Below are positions 12,035-25,579 of a stretch of DNA of 64,000 nt, piece after piece. A program made the translations under genes and the position numbers. The stretch is from Epithemia pelagica (taxonomy: Eukaryota; Protista; Bacillariophyta): the NCBI GenBank assembly GCA_946965045.2, contig OX337228.1, positions 6,634,001 through 6,698,000 on the forward strand, read 5' to 3'. Under the pieces are notes generated by a model that searched no databases, was not told the origin of the DNA, and was given only the letters and a program-made list of their open reading frames with translations. The first letter of the stretch is position 1; the number at the start of each line of letters is the position of its first letter.

Positions 12035-15000
12035 TCAAAAAGAGAGCAAACATCTCAAAAGCGGCGACGATAAGTCGGCTGAATCCCCAGACTGTTGTTC
12101 CTGGTCCGTTGCAGAAGCAGTGGCTACATCCTTCGCGTTGTGACCTCCCGAAGAAGACGCTCCACCATTGTTCCCTGGTAACGTGTCCGTATTACCACTG
12201 TTCACGGTGTTCGTTATTCGCGATGTCTGCGAAGCAGTAGCATTGCCCATGCCGTCAACAATCATGGAACGGGAGGCAGCGCTCTTCTCCACGGCACTCG
12301 ACAAAGTGGCGTACGATTGAGCAAAGATCCAGCGGACCTGATGCCACGCAAAGCACCGTCGAGCAACATTGTGTTTCTCTGCTCCTTCCAAGGGATCATA
12401 AATGACGATATGATCCACCACCAGCATGCCAGTGTGAGGGTCTATGGACTCTGGAGCTGAGCGCTCGATAAAGGGCGTTGTATAAGAGTATGGAGTGGGA
12501 TACGGAGTGTTGAAAACCCTCTCATGTTTCCCAGAAATGTCAATGGCAGTTGTCGAGGCATCGAAATACTGGCCATAATGCAAGAGGAAGTGCATTAAAA
12601 GCTTCCCACTTGTTGTTTCACCCAGACAAAGAACTTCAATCACATCATCAAATCCCTGTGGAAAGAATGAAGGAACCAAGTTGGGATCATACTGCTGCTG
12701 CTGGGGATGAAACTGATGTTCCATAATCACTCTGTGTGGGTAAACATCACTCTTCACGTCATTAGCATTGCTGTTCCCAATACTTCCATTTTCACTTCCC
12801 GTATGACTGCTGATGCTACGACTGTTGTGATGGCCTGGATTCTTGGCTTTGTTTTGACCAGCTTTCCCCGAAGAAGTCTGAGCATCAGCAGACCCCTGAT
12901 GACTCCGTCGTTCCCAGTTCTTATTTGTCTGCCAAGCACCACTCTTTTGTGGCGACGGTGCTGTCTGTTGTACAGAGCCCATGTCTTTTGTAGCTCCGAA
13001 GGTAGAGGCCGATTGACTTGACGCCGACGATTTCCCCACAACATCCGCAAACGAAATTGGTTTCCTTTGTTCCTCCTGTTGCTGTGACCGATTCTGGCTG
13101 TCGCCTTCCGAAATTGCGGTCGGTTCAGAGTTGCGAGCAACGGAAGCCCATGATGTGGATGTTCCTTTCGCCAATGGAGTTTTCCTTCCATCTTCGCTTC
13201 CCGAACTCTTTGTTTCTGTCGCTCCAGCTTTTCCGTGGGAACTCATTTCGGATATTTGGTACGCAGTCTGTTGTGAATTTGCACCCTCCTGCGGAGCTGG
13301 CGTCATGATGCCGCCAGAAGCCGCAAGGCTAGCAGTTTGTCGATGTTGCTCAACGCGCTCTAGCTCTCCTCGGATTGCCGCCCGCTCCCTCATAAGTGCC
13401 GTCAGTAACAGCAAGAGAGCATAGCTACTCAGTCCACCTGAGTATGGCTCGTTCAATTTGCGCTGTACTAGTAGTTCTTTCAGAACCATCAAACATTGCA
13501 CGAACGGTGTATCGTCAGGGTTTGGTATTCCCATTTCTTGGCAGAACCTGTTCACTACGTGCCAGGAGTAGTCTGTCGAGCCGATGCCCCCATGTTCCGG
13601 TCCTTGGAAGGTAATATCCAAGGATATAAGGCCGTTCATCAAGTCAGAGCCACGCCAAGGTTGATAGGCACGAGCGGCAGCAGATCCATTGGAATCAGCC
13701 GGTGAACCTACAGATGATGTCGTTGATCCTCCGTACCCCTGCTCTGCTGACTGCGTACTATAACCCTGCCACTCGCTACTGGTGCTGAACCCTGGAATTT
13801 TGGACGGATCTGCTAGAATCTTGATGACAGGAACTGTGGCATTGGGAATGGACTTCACTTGCACTGCCCATGGTAGACGTTCAATAGCGGCAGACAGTCT
13901 CATGACCCGATGCGCATTGGCGCTGTAAACTGGGATATACGGCGGTGGTGGGGCGGTTGGAGTGGTCGATTGCGGAGATGACTTAAGACCAGACTCATCA
14001 ACCGCACCTTCCGATTTGCTTCGTGTAGCAGTCGGGGGAGTAACATCACCAGCATTCTTCCAAGAGAAGACCCCGGATGACCGATTATCCAAGCCGATAA
14101 TGACAACGTCCAAATCCGATGATGGCAGATCCAGAAGAGTCGCACAACTCCCATAAAGCTCCACACGACAAGCATTTGACCAGATACCAGAAACCACTTC
14201 TTGCAATGCACCAAGGAGAACTGCTCGCTCGTTTCGCCGCAAGCTCACGGCTTGTGCTCGGCTTTTCATGAACAACGCAATATCTTGACTCAATCGATCG
14301 CACACATCCAAGAGGTGGTAACCCACTGCGTTGTGATCATCCGGCGATGGAGCATGGTGAAGGTGGTGATGGCGACCGTGTGGTGCTTCCAAGCTTGAAG
14401 CAACAGAGGAAGTAGTACTGTTGGCATTCTCTGGACTAAGAAGCGTTGGAAGGGGAGGAACTGGAGAGCGCAAAGAGTGGTTGGGCGAGGAGTTGTTATT
14501 TGCAGGCACACGATCCGGTGGATGAGTGACCGTTTCTGCATCAATACTACCGCCACCGTTCTCGATCTTTGCAACAGAGGCATTCTGTTGATTTATCGGT
14601 GCACTGCCGTTGGTGTAAGTGATTTCCTGTTTGTGCTTTACCACGGCATTGATACCATTTTCCACAGTATTCGACGTTGATGACAAAGCTGATACAGTTT
14701 CCTGGTACGTCGGGGCGGTACTCTGATCCGCTGGAGGTGATCCTAATCCACTCGAGCGCGATGTGGAGGACGTCATCTTTGATGGTGATGTTTCTGATGC
14801 TGTCTTCTTATATGCGTCGCCATCGGATGAACGAGAATATCGTGGCTTCCCGCCTCCTTTGTTCTTATTTGGTATCAAACGATGAGACGGGTTCTGTGAA
14901 GCGTTCTGGGTCTGGGGAACCTGGTGTGTCGGTTGCTGTTGTTGGTGCTGTTTAGGATTCAGTGACTGCTTCAGTTGAAGGGACCCTGGCTTCTTCGACA

Positions 15001-18000
15001 TCAGAACTTCTGCAGCTGTGGGTTTGCTCGCAGTCTCTGTCTGCGTAGCTTCATTCCCCGACCATGGTATTGGTTGGGGCTGTGGTGCTATTTGCTGTGG
15101 CTGGTCCTGTTTGTTTCTCACCTCGTCATCAACAGCGTCCAAAACCGAGTACATGATTTCTCTAACAATCTTCTTACTTGCATTGTGTTTCCGTCGAGAG
15201 GCATGCGTGTGGTGGGGTGGATGACTATTGTTGTTGTGATGATGGTTGTTCCCACCGTTATGATTGGTTGTACGGTGGCGCTGGTCCTTACCGGTGTTGT
15301 TCTTGTGGTTCCCTTGATGTTGCAGCAGGTTCGACTGTGTTCCATTGTTCCTTGCACCGTGGTGATGGTCTAAGTTGGAGGATTTGTTTTTCCTGCCACG
15401 CGAGCGCGTACTCACAGTTTCCCATTCACTCTCATTGTGCTGTTGCGGCGGTTGATGTAGAGGCGGCTGTGGCGAAGGCGAATTCGTGTTCTGGTTTGAT
15501 GGTTGTGACTTTGCGAGAGGAGATCTTGTCCGGGTACCTGATGTCGAAGCACTAACCTTGCTTCGATTTGCGGACTTTGTAATCTCCAATGCTTTGTTCA
15601 AAGAATTTATTGAAGGATTGGATGTACAGGAGTCTTCGTCACCTACGGTTTGCTCTTTCGCCGTCTTTCCATCCATCACAGTCGTTGAATCACCATGCTC
15701 CACTGACGATTTTGCCAGTGCTTTATTTTGAGTTGACGACAACCTACGGCTGTCCTTCTGTTCATCAGTGTCCTCGGTGAGACGAGATGGTTCCTTCAGT
15801 TCTGGTGCGGGGACTGCCGATGTCGTAGAGATTCGGGTACCATCCTTTTCCTCTTCCTTTTTCGTACCGTCCTTTTCCTCTGCCTTTTTCAGTTGTTGAT
15901 GATGCGAGACATCGGATTTCGTAGCTTTTGGACTTTCAGTGCTCGGCGCAGCAACAACCTTTGTTGATTCCTCAGGTTGTTGCTGCTCTGGTATTCTTTC
16001 ACCAGCATCTTCGTCAGTAACATCTTCAATCACTGTTTCAGCAGACTTTGCCGTTGGCGTTTCCGCCTCGTTCTCAGGCCTGGGTGTCCCTGCCGTTTTG
16101 TTATCTGTACTGGGACGGTTCTTCTAATAATGTTTTGCGCGAATACAAAGCTCAGAATCAACTCATCGACAAACAAGACATGAAGTTTGGTTCTCCACCT
16201 ATACTTACCTTCTTTTTGCCCTTTTTCTTTTTCTTCTTCTTGTTGCTTGGATTGCTGTACGTGCTGCTGGACTTTGCACCGCCGTTATTGTTGCTGGGAG
16301 TCTTGGTATCAACAGTGAGTGGTGTTGCCTTCTTCACTTCATCCGATTGTTCTTCCTTGCTAGCGACGGGGGATAACGGTAATGAGGCGGCGGTGGGAGT
16401 TGGAGATGGCGAATCCCCTAATTGTGGTGTGTCATCGTTCTGCTCTATTTCGGATGCCTTCGCCGCATCCTTTTCTTCCTGGATGGCTGAATTAGGAGCC
16501 AGAGATTCCACCTTCTTGTCACCCTCCTCCTGCTTGACATCCTTCGTTTCACGGAGTGCCGCTTCAATGCTCGCATTCACTTGTTTCCAACTATCAAATC
16601 TACTGTGTTTCCCCGTCAGCAAGAATTGCAAATGTGCGAATGGCATCCAAATCAAACCAGACCCATTCAAGTCGTCATTGTCGTTTTGGTTCGTGCCATT
16701 CTCCTCCACAACACCCTTTTGCAAATCCAAAGGAACTTGTACCAGAGAGCAGCTTTGGCGTTTGTCCAAGATACGTTTTATCCGGTTCACCTCCTCGTCT
16801 CCGTCCGATACATGCTTATCGAAGGACTGCCGTACCGCCGATTCCAAACATTTCAAGAGGGGCGCTGCACCATCCTGAAGAACGGGCCGATCATCCTTAC
16901 TCGCAGCAAGTGGACCGGGGGAAGCCGATTCTTCCAAAAACCGTCGCTGAAACAAGTGGAGGCACAATTCATCCAGCACTTGCAAGAGTTCGACAAGATC
17001 CCCATCCAAGGTCGTGTACAAGACATTGCTCGAATTGTCGTCGTCATCGTCGTTGGTTCGAGGAGTGTCATCCTCGTCGGCTTGGACTTGCTGCTCCAGC
17101 CTTTTCCAGACACAGGGGAACACCACCACATGATAGTGCAGCAATTCCTTCCAGCACGTCGTCCACGTGTCGGCATGGTTGGTGCGTTGCGCCTCTGTTG
17201 CAAGATTCTCATCCTGGTTCTTTCCTTTGTTGTTGTGGACACTGTCGGTTTCCTTTTCTTCCGTCGTCTCGGGCGTACTGCCCGAACGCGATGTGGCAGC
17301 CGTATCCTCTTCATCTCCTACCACAATCATTACCTCCGCAGCAGCAGCCGAGGCAGACGTTGCGGCTCCCCCACAATCGTCTTGCATCGATAATGGTTGT
17401 TGTTGTTTCGTTTTCAATTCGTCCGAGTCTTTTACTGTACCAACGAAACACAAGAACACAACCAAAATGAGTTACATGCATTCATACAAGTGACAGTGCA
17501 ACGACACATCCGTGTCTGTTTCGAAGGATCACCCATCGCATAGCACATCAACCGAGGCATGACAGAAAAAAGACAAACAGCACACAAGACAAAAACAAAC
17601 GTACCACCACCATCCTCTTTTTCGTCTTGTACTGAAACAATGGAATTCATCGTTGCGGATTGCGGTTGCGGCGAGGACGCGAGTAGTTGTTGCAGCAGCA
17701 GCGATTCCTCCTTCTTCCAGTACACTCCAAAGGCTGCCATTTGATGGGAACGATCGAGCGTTTCCAACCAGGCACGAGCGGCCAACAACGAGGGTGCCAA
17801 GGGGGATGACGACTGGTCCAGTGGCAGAACATCATCTTCGTCGTCCTTCGTTTCTTCTTCTTGTTCGGATGAAACGAGGGTTTCCTCCGTCACTACTGGT
17901 GTAGTAGAAAAAGTGGTGGTTGCCAATGGGTCGTCTGGCACCGAGCCAGTGGCTTGTTTGGGTACCATGGTGGAAGCAGCGTTCTGGACAAGAGGCGGGG

Positions 18001-18247
18001 CCTCGTTGTTGGTGACTGCCGTGCTGTTGGTTTTGTCCGTCGTTCCCTCTGGTTGCGTTGTGTCTTGCCGCAGCACTCCTTGCTCCACGATGGGCAGTGG
18101 TGCAGCCGCAGTAGTCCCATGGTCGTCGGTCGTCCCTTCCGTGACTTCCACCGCCGCACACGAAAACGTGTTGTTGGTGGCAGTGCTAGTAGTAGTAGTG
18201 GAGTCCTCCTGCTGGGCCACTCCTTGTTCCATCACCACCGCTGCCAT
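12035..18247 (-). CDS. Very large (~2000 aa) non-canonical poly(A) polymerase / TRF4-PAP2-like nucleotidyltransferase; at least 3 exons
   Basis: VELYGSCATLLDLPSSDLDVVI (GS..DxD), IPNATVPVIKI, LDITF, LKELLVQRKLNEPYSGGLSSYALLLLL, GKLLMHFLLHYG, IYDPL..NVAR. Introns near 17604-17435 and 16209-16126 join the three long ORFs in frame. Confidence 0.85.
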
Positions 18248-19872
18248 TGTTCAATGATGATCCAAACAGCAATAGGACGTTTCCTGAAGAATCAATTCTT
18301 ACACCCCACACACTGGATCTGCCGATTCCCAAACAACCACAACAACAAGCTGATGATGATGATGATGATGATGGGAGGTTCGGAAAGGACCCGAAGCGAC
18401 TTGGAAAAAAATCTCCGTGCAATGAAGAGTTGCCGAATCCTGTCCCACTCCCGTTGTTCGACTCGAAAGCCAACCTTCACACCAAAACCGTACGTGTGAA
18501 ATGACAACAAGCCAGGCACGTCGGTTGTTGGTTGGTTGGATGGAGCCAATTGCCAAGTGTTTTTTGTCTTCGATTCTCCAATTCCACTGTTTCCTCACTG
18601 CTGCTCCTGCTTCTTCTCTGTTTCGAGTGTTGATGAGGGGCACACACGAGTGTTGGTGTGGTACAGGTTTCTCGCAGAGAGAGATGAGACCACACACACA
18701 CACACACACCGTTCCAAACACACCAACAAGAGAGCGACCACAGCAACACACGAACGAGAGAGCGGCTCGGTCCTCAAGAAGAGGGTCGTCGGAGCAACCG
18801 GACGAACGACGACGAGGACACGAGAGAAGAGAGGGGAATCCAATTGGCCCCTCTATCTTACGTGGATGCGAGATATGTGGTGCTTCGTCTCGTCTGCTCG
18901 TCGTCTTACAGTTCCGACCAATCTCCTACACTCCAATCCAGTGTCCATTCATCTCCGGGTTTTGGTTCAACACTCCGAAGACTTCGAACGATGCGGAACG
19001 ACCTTGGTGCGAGAAGTTGCACCGGATTCCCCCAGCCGCGCCTGTCGGACGAGGCTATAGTCAGGCTATTGGAAACTCAGCTTCCGATTTATTGACAGTC
19101 TGCATTTACAGCGCGCATGTCAGCCTCTATGCGAAAATATAATCTAGTGCCCTATCTCCAGTAGCCCGTTGGACCATTCCGTCATCCGTTTTCCTTTTCT
19201 CTATTTATTCGAAGCTTTCGGGTATTTAGAGACCATCTTCTAAATAACTAACATTGGATATTTACGAATGAATTCTCAACCATAAGAATCATGTAGGTCT
19301 TTGTGGTTGGGATGAGTGGGCTCTTGTAAATGATAACAGGGCAATACAAATTATGGCACATCCGAACTCCGAGAGAAAAGAGGGGCGACGGGAAAAAAGG
19401 AGCCTAAAGAAAGAGGGTTGTCCCCCAAAGACTGTTTCGGGTGCGCACTTGAAAGCTGCGACACAGCGTCATTCTCTTTCTCCGGGTTGGTTTTGTTGTC
19501 ATTTCACCATCTCTCCGACATCCCTCCACCTTCCAACAAGACAAGACAAAAGAGAAAGGTACATTCTCCAAGTCCCTCGAGTCGTTCCATCTTGGGTCTA
19601 TTTTTTGAGAGAGAACACACAAGAGGACAAGTGTCCATCGATTGGTACCTTCTTTCTCCTTGGAACCACTGGACGAGAAACAGGTGCAAGACGCAATCAC
19701 AAACGCAAGCTCACTCGGTCTTCCACCTTTTTCCCACCCATTCCCAGTGCCAACAATTGCCGGTCCACCGGAAACAGGATCACGAGTACCAAACGAAAGA
19801 ATCTTTCACGGAGAAGCCAAGCCACAAAGACTCCTCGAACAACGAAGAAAAAAAGAAAATTGCATTTGTAGC

Positions 19873-20860
19873 ATGAGCAACGGTGAAGCGTCTGTCACAA
19901 TGAATGGTCACAGCAACAACGACAAGGAATCCACAGCAACCACGTCGGTGTCGACGTCCGCGACACCCACCAGTGCTTCCACAACGACAACTGTCAATGG
20001 CTCACAACCATCCACTTCCTCGTCATCCTCCTCTTCTTCCTTGTCTTCGGCATCCCAGCGTCCTCGTCCTTCCAACAAAACAACACCTTCCTGGCGGGTG
20101 GACAATCCCATGCCTCATTTGTTGCCCGAAGGCGAGAATGCGACGCCCTTGGAAGTCATGGGTCGGACCTTGACATCGGGTGCCGCGTCCGACAAGTTGG
20201 TCCTCATCATGGTGGGCCTACCCGCCACGGGCAAGACGCACATTGCCAAACGCATTTGTCGCTTTTTGAGTTTCTTCCATGACATTCCCAGTCAAATCTT
20301 CAATGTGGGCGATTATCGTCGGCGCTTGTTTGGCGCCCAACAACCGGCCGAATTTTACAGTCCCGACAATCCGGCGGGGTCGGCCGCCCGCAACGAAGCC
20401 TGCAATGCCGCCTTGGACGATTTGATTCGCTACATGCGGCCCGACAACAGCAGCAGCAACAGCAATAGTAATGGTACGGCCGAGGCCCCGGCCGTTCGGG
20501 GATCCCCACCGCGCGGTCGGGGACGGGGTGGAGAAGCCCGAGTGGCGGCCTTTGATGCCACCAATACCACACAAGCACGACGACGCATGGTCATTGAAAC
20601 TCTCAAGAAAGCCGGGGTGAATTGTAAAACCATGTTTGTGGAATCCATTTGCGATCAAGAAGGAGTAAGTGTGTGTGTCACTGTCGTCATGTGTGTGTGT
20701 CTGTGTGTATGGACCGCATCTCGGGGAGAACCAAGCCCTCCTGTGGAACCCTTTGTACGAACCAGAACATGTGTGACTCCATTCACCCCAATGCTTTGTG
20801 GTCGCCACTCTCACGGTCGGAACCGAGAACTGTTCTCACCTCTTCTCGTCCGTTCTTTGC

Positions 20861-20896
<36 letters not shown>

Positions 20897-22381
20897 TTGT
20901 TCTTCTTGTCGTCACTCCTCTTTCATGTTGTATACTTTTAGTTGTTGGAAGAAAATATTCGCAAAGTCAAATTGGCCACACCCGACTATCGCGATATGGA
21001 TCCCGAAACGGCCGTTCAAGATTTTCGTCGTCGACGCGCCAATTATATGCAAGTGTACGAACCCGTCAAGGAATCGGAGGGACCGTCCATCAAAATTATT
21101 AACAGCCGACAATTCATTGTCACGGACATTCGGGGCTACCTTCCCCTCAAGGTGGTGCATTTCCTCATGAATTTGCATACCCTCCCTCGCACCTTTTATT
21201 TGACCCGTCATGGACAATCGCACTACAATTTGTTGGGAAAGATTGGCGGTGATTCCGGTTTGACACCCAATGGGATTGAATATGCCAAACGATTGGCCAA
21301 GTTTTGTCAAGAATACATTGCCGTCGATCGAACGTCCCAAACCGAAGACGACGACGACGAGGACGAGGATGCCACGAATCCAGACAAGGACCATCCCGAG
21401 TCGACCGTACCCGGTGCGGTCCAAACAGAGGCAACCAGTACGGCCACCACCACCACGTCCGATATCACGGGACTTGTGCGCAATCATGGTGGTCCTCCTC
21501 CTCCTTCTTCTTTGGGACAAGAAGGAGAACCCACTCACAACAAGTCTTGCGGCGACCCAATGGACCCCACTGCCACGGTGGACCATGGCCATCCTACGGT
21601 CCCGGTCGCTCCTCCTCCGGCGACGACACTTGCGCAACGCCCGGCACGACTATGGACATCCACTTTACGTCGAACCAAGGAAACGGCACAATTTATCCAG
21701 CACAATACGATTCATCACGTGTGGGACAATGGAGACTCGGGTGACTGGGTCCAATTCCGTCCCATGGAGCGACGGAATTTGGATGAATTGTATGCCGGCA
21801 CCTGCGACGGCATGACGTACAAGGAAATTGAACAGGTATTCCCCGAGGAATTTCGACGTCGACAAGAGGACAAATTGACCTACCGATATCCACGGGGGGA
21901 ATCCTACATGGATGTGACGTTGCGGTTGGAGCCCTTGGCGCAAGAAATGGAACGAACTCGGGAACCCGTCTTGATCATTGGTCATCAAGGGATACTGCGC
22001 ATTTTGTATGCCTACTTTATGGGATTGGATCGCAAGGATGCACCGTACGTGAGCATTCCGTTAAACTATGTGATTGAACTTTCCCCCCATGCCTATGGCT
22101 GCCACGAACATCGGTATTGTCTCATGCACAAGGAGGAAATGATTCAACAAGATGACGGACAAGATGAACCCATCACCTCCATGCCCAGGCTGGCGACGAC
22201 AACGACCACCGAAGCAACCACAACCACAACGCCCAAGACGGTCACTCGTGGCAGTTCCACGTCCAGCGTGTACAGTACGACCGTCACCAACTTTGTTTCG
22301 ACAACCTCGTCCACCAACACTCCCAGTACGACTTCATTACCCGCACATAATGATCCTGTATTGAACGCACCAAGTCATTAG
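19873..22381 (+). CDS. PFKFB: 6-phosphofructo-2-kinase / fructose-2,6-bisphosphatase; 2 exons (19873-20664, 20942-22381)
   Basis: LIMVGLPATGKT Walker A, FNVGDYRR, FDATNTT, FVESICD; phosphatase FYLTRHGQS, LDELYAGTCDGMTY, YRYPRGESYMD and IIGHQG. Confidence 0.95.
20666..20892. repeat. (GT)n and (CT)n microsatellites inside the PFKFB intron
   Basis: gtgtgtgt runs near 20670-20710 and a (ct)n run near 20865-20892. Confidence 0.8.
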
Positions 22382-23114
22382 TCCGGTCCGTCCAGGTACA
22401 AAGCTCTCTGGATGATAGTCACACAGTTTGACTGGTGTGTGTGTGGAGGGGCAATTTCTCGCTCAACGCTTGTTGTTCCTTCCTTCTTTCACATGTCGTC
22501 GTCCATGCACAAACCATGATCCATCGACCAGGATGAATGCGACTCGCTGTGAGGGACGAACGAAGATGATGACGACGGTTGTTGAGAATAGAATAGGAGA
22601 AACAGAACGCATAGATAGCATACTCGGCGTGCATACTTGGTAGCCTCATGGAACACACTACAGTAGTGTAGGTAGGTAAAGTGAGACCACACCACAACTA
22701 CGAAACGATTCGCAATGGCAGCCACATGCGCACTCATTTCGTTGGGAATGTGACCAGAGGGTCAGGGCAAACAAAATGGGCATTGCAACGGTCATTCCTC
22801 CAAGCGACAAAGACAACGGTCCTTGTCCATGTCGAACGATTGTACATCCGCACTAACAAGTAGGATATGGACAACGATCCAACCTCTACGCCATGAGACG
22901 TAGGACATATTGATATATCAGTGCATGGCAAAAGTACAACGTCCTTTTTATATATAAAATTGGAATTATTTGTTTTTTTGTCGAGTTGCCCTGGCATATC
23001 CAAGCCGTACGCAACTCGACAGGGGCTGTTTGTCCGAGTGCAGCACACTACAATCGTCTCTAGAGTGTGCGCGCCACTCCAACAGCTCTGGTTGAGCGAT
23101 AGCTGGCATCCATC

Positions 23115-24695
23115 TTAGATGCGCTTCTTGCTTTCCACGGGGTTGGAGAATTCGACATCTGGTTGGGCCATGGAGTAGCCCTTGATCAAGCTACCAATGG
23201 TTTCTCCCAAAAGCTTGAGGTCATCCAAGGGGTTGTTTCCTTGGACCGTCTTGTACAAGTACGAGTCAAAGGTGACTTGTTGGACGTACTTGGAGTTGCA
23301 CAATTCGACAAAGGCTTCTCGTGCACCATTGTTGGAGTAAAAGACCTTTTGCAAAATGTCCAAGACGGCATAGGTGGGTCCGTACTTGCCATCGTACTTC
23401 TTCAAGTAGGTGCCTTCAATTTCGGCTTGGGTCGGCAAGCGCTTGCCACCGTCCATGAGGGCGACAATTTCTTGGGCGGCCATGCGTCCCGACTTGGCGG
23501 CAAAGTAAATGCCTTCGCCCGAGCACTTGGTCACGTACCCAGCGGCATCCCCGACGAGGGCAATACGACCTTGGACCCGACGCGGGCGGTAGTGTTCCGG
23601 AATGGGGTGGGCTTCCACCTTGATAATGGTACCTCCGGCAATCTTGTCTCCGGCCCGGTCCCGAATGGCCTTTTGGTATTGCTTAATGGCCGGTCGGTTG
23701 ACGACAGTACCCGTTCCGACACCGACATGGTCGTACTTGGGAAAGACCCAGCCGTAAAAGTCGGGCGAGACATCGTCACCGACATACATTTCCGCCATTT
23801 CTTCGTAGAATTCCATCTTGTCATCCGGAATCTTGATGCGTTCTTGAAAGGCAATGGCAAAGTTGTAGACACCGGCATCCATGGCCTTGGCCACGCGCGA
23901 GTTGGCGCCATCGGCACCGACAATCAAATCGACCGCCATGGTTTTGGGCGTGCCGGCCGAACTGCCGCCCGTGTATTCTTGGTAGTTGATGACGTATTGG
24001 CTGTCTTGGTTGGTCTTGTGATCGGCCGGCACATCAATGGACGTCACCAATCCATTAATTGGCTTGGCGCCGTACTCAATGGCCCGGTTGCGCAAAAAGG
24101 AATCCAAAATTTCCCGACGACACATGCCAATGTATTCGTCCGGTTTCAACGTCTCGCCAATGTTCACTTCCACGCCCGTCGGAGAAATCAAATTCATCTT
24201 GCGAACCTGTGTTCAAAACCAGACAAACAAACAGTGCATGCGTCAGAGACGATCGTGTGTGGTTCGACCAAGCAACAAATGACCCACTGGATCCATTCCA
24301 CAGTCCGGCCCTCGTTCTAAACTCATACCGTGTTCACAACTCGCACAACACACGCATTCCATTCTGCAACGTACCTTGCGGTCCACGACCGTTTCGGGGA
24401 TATCAAATTCTCCCACCATACAAAGCGGAATGGCTCCACCGCAGGGCTTGGCATTGTCCATTTTGCGTTCAAAAATCACGGTATCAATGCCCTTTTCTTG
24501 GGCAAAGATTTCGGCGGCACAGGCACCGGCGGGTCCTCCACCGACGACGGCCACCGTGTACTTCATGCACAGCGAGGACGACGACGACGAGGATTGGACA
24601 TTCGTCATGGATTGGCCCACAAAGGCCGATCGACTGGCCGTGAAACCAGCCACCGAAGACACCAAGGTCAAGTACGAAACCAACAAAAGACTCAT
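23115..24695 (-). CDS. chlP: Geranylgeranyl reductase (chlorophyll phytyl synthesis), plastid-targeted; 2 exons (24695-24375, 24206-23115)
   Basis: VAVVGGGPAGACAAE, KPCGGAIPLCM, DLIVGADGANSRVAK, YGWVFPKYDH, VGDAAGYVTKCSGEGIYFAAKSG. Signal peptide with VAG-F motif. Confidence 0.97.
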
Positions 24696-25579
24696 CGTGT
24701 GGTACACTCTACGATTGATTGATTGATTCAATTGGAATAGGAGGAAGAAAGAGGATTGTCGATTCTTTCAACCTGGTTAGACTTGCGAAAAGTGGATCAA
24801 CCGAGATCGTCGACGGAACGAGAACAAAAAGATTTGTTGATGGGCCGTGCTTTACCGTGCAGGAGGGATCAGGGATCCTGTGGTTCAAAGAAGCACACTC
24901 TTTCCACGTAGATTCATCGATTGAAGCGGGTCCATGTTGGGAAAGAACTTCAACCAGGACTGAACTACTCTCGGGACTCGATCAAAGTGGCGATCATCTC
25001 CAAGAGCGCTTAGTTGTATATGTGTTCGCGCTAGAAACTTAGAATCGTATTGTTTCACTATCCCTCGTTAAATTTACTCTTGAGCGCTGATTGCGACGTC
25101 CGGGGGGAGCTTTCTCTCGACGATGTGATGTCAGCGAGAATTACTGTGCACCAAGCAGTACGTGTTTCCTGCGACACAGAAGCCGGACTTTAATGCGGTC
25201 GCTTCTCCGTCGGCTTCTTCGATTCCACGTGTTCTTCCGTCGTCTTGTCGCGTGGGAGTCGCGGATTTGGGACGTACGTACGTTGGAAGGAGGATCTCCC
25301 TCCCAAGCCACACAACAGGATGGATCTTTTGGTTGTTCTTCTTTGTGGAGTGGATGGGCCATTGGATCTTGTGGGTGTGGTTCGTCGAGAAACCAAACAC
25401 CAACGCGAGAAGATTCGTCGCTCTCGGATCTCCCTCTTCTTCTTTGTCACCAAGCTCGTCCTCGAGTTCTCTGTGTGTGTGTCCCCAACGATCCAGGTTC
25501 CAGCTTGGTGTTTCTGTAGTTTCTCTCTTGACGACATTCCAGAACGTCGCGGAGCGACGCTCGACGACACCAACACAGA

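Noticed and set aside
16048-17470. Several 270-304 aa plus-strand ORFs
   Set aside because: Antisense to the nucleotidyltransferase exon in low-complexity sequence.
18299-19876. Multiple 150-213 aa ORFs between the nucleotidyltransferase and PFKFB
   Set aside because: Low-complexity (CA)n/(GA)n UTR and promoter sequence in a divergent spacer with no protein-like features.
23163-24320. 385-aa plus-strand ORF
   Set aside because: Antisense shadow of chlP with no protein motifs.
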